A stretch of 64,000 nt of DNA from Felis catus (taxonomy: Eukaryota), in assembly GCF_018350175.1 (NCBI RefSeq), contig NC_058369.1, forward strand, positions 20,338,001 through 20,402,000, written 5' to 3'. This document shows, piece by piece, positions 63,175 to 64,000 of this stretch (its first letter is position 1; every line of letters starts with the position of its first letter). Both the position numbers and the translations under genes were made by a program. The notes under the pieces are model-generated. The model did not search any database. It saw only the letters and a list, made by a program, of their open reading frames with translations, and was not told the DNA's origin.

Positions 63175-63503
63175 ATTTTTTATTATTTTTAAAAGTATTT
63201 ATTTAATTTTTTATTTTAACGTTTACTTATTTATTTTGGGACAGAGAGAAGGAGAAAGAGAATCCCAAGCAGGCTCCGTGCTGTCAGTGCAGAGACCCAC
63301 GCGGAGTCTCACAAACCGTGAGATCATGACCTGAGCCAAAATTAAGATTTGGTCGCTCAACCAACTAGGCCACTCAGGCACCCCAAAGTTTTTTTTTTTT
63401 TTAATGTTTCATTTGTTTTTGAGAGAGATAGTAGCTGGGAAGGGGCAGAGAAGCAGGGGACAGAGGATCTGAAGCTCAACTGACTGAGCCACCCAGGCAT
63501 CCC
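63175..63503 (-). mobile_element. Two tandem antisense Can-SINEs; the second (~63388-63503) is internally deleted
   Basis: Second copy joins GGATCTGAAGC directly to TCAACTGACTGAGCCACCCAGG. Confidence 0.9.
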
Positions 63504-64000
63504 TCACATAATCTTTTTAAAAAATCTTTATTAGACAGTTAAGAGACCTTTGGAAGTAAAATTACAAGGGAAAATTTTGAGGAAAGAGTGGCCAGTCTAT
63601 TATCACTCGAGACCTTTAGCAGATCTGGAAGGAAGAGCTCTCCCCACCCCAGGCAGCTGACTGAAGATCGCTAGGTGCCATGGTCACCAGGTGCCTTGGG
63701 TCATATGTTGCTCTTGGATGGGCTGCAGCTGTTTCCAGATAGGATTCAGCTCTTCAACTTTGCATGCTGGGTAGTGGGGTTTCCCTCCCTCCCTTAATGT
63801 GTTACAATGGCTAGGTGTCGTGTTGCTTCTGGAATTCTGGGGGATGGAAGGATGGGGTAAATCAGGCTGAGGATATATGATCAGCATTAATGTTTAGCAT
63901 GGAGACTTCAGTTAAGGAGGGGAAAAAATTAGTGTGAGTTTTCTCATGGCTGATGGAATAATAAAGTTGAGTGATTGGAGTAAGTGTGGGAATAGTTCAA

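Larger units (their letters stand above)
47088..64000 (+). other. RAD54L2: Intron after the first coding exon of RAD54L2 (continues beyond the window)
   Basis: Begins GTGAGT; I could not find a continuation of the ARIP4 protein in the remaining 17 kb. Confidence 0.8.

Noticed and set aside
2104..63334. Dozens of similar 60-90 aa ORFs (MAQSVKRPTSAQVMIS...SLEPASDSVSPSLS) that look like a paralogous small-protein family
   Set aside because: All coincide with Can-SINE bodies; many start at non-ATG codons and they vary by random stops and frameshifts.
2083..63503. tRNA-like A/B-box sequences (GGTGGCTCAGTCGGTT, GGTTCGAGCCC-like)
   Set aside because: These are tRNA-derived heads of Can-SINEs followed by (CT)n and poly-A, not tRNA genes.

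Overview
This is mammalian genomic DNA, very probably from a felid, judged by the cat-type Can-SINEs and carnivore L1s. The window lies inside the 5' part of a + strand gene that I recognise as RAD54L2 (ARIP4, SNF2-family helicase). It holds a probable 62-nt non-coding exon (1733-1794), a ~45-kb intron, the first coding exon (46895-47087; ATG at 46949, MSDESASGSDPDLDPDVELEDAEEEEEEEEVAVEE...) and the start of the next intron. The rest is intronic and repeat-rich: about 52 Can-SINEs by manual count (~40 antisense, ~12 sense), four recognisable carnivore L1 insertions, older L1/L2/MIR remnants, three DNA-transposon fossils, one MER21-type LTR and several microsatellites. Nearly all ORFs in the supplied track come from repeats. 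I found no new multi-gene system. The most notable observations are: (i) two independently inserted, defective L1s 16,243 bp apart share a ~1.23-kb core differing at only 2 positions, suggesting in-cis gene conversion or an assembly artefact; (ii) a stop/start-overlapping (TAATG) double uORF sits just before the RAD54L2 start codon, and the second ORF overlaps the CDS out of frame; (iii) a near-perfect inverted pair of young SINEs ~50 nt apart lies within a serial-insertion hotspot. Repeat family names come from recalled consensus sequences, and repeat boundaries are approximate.
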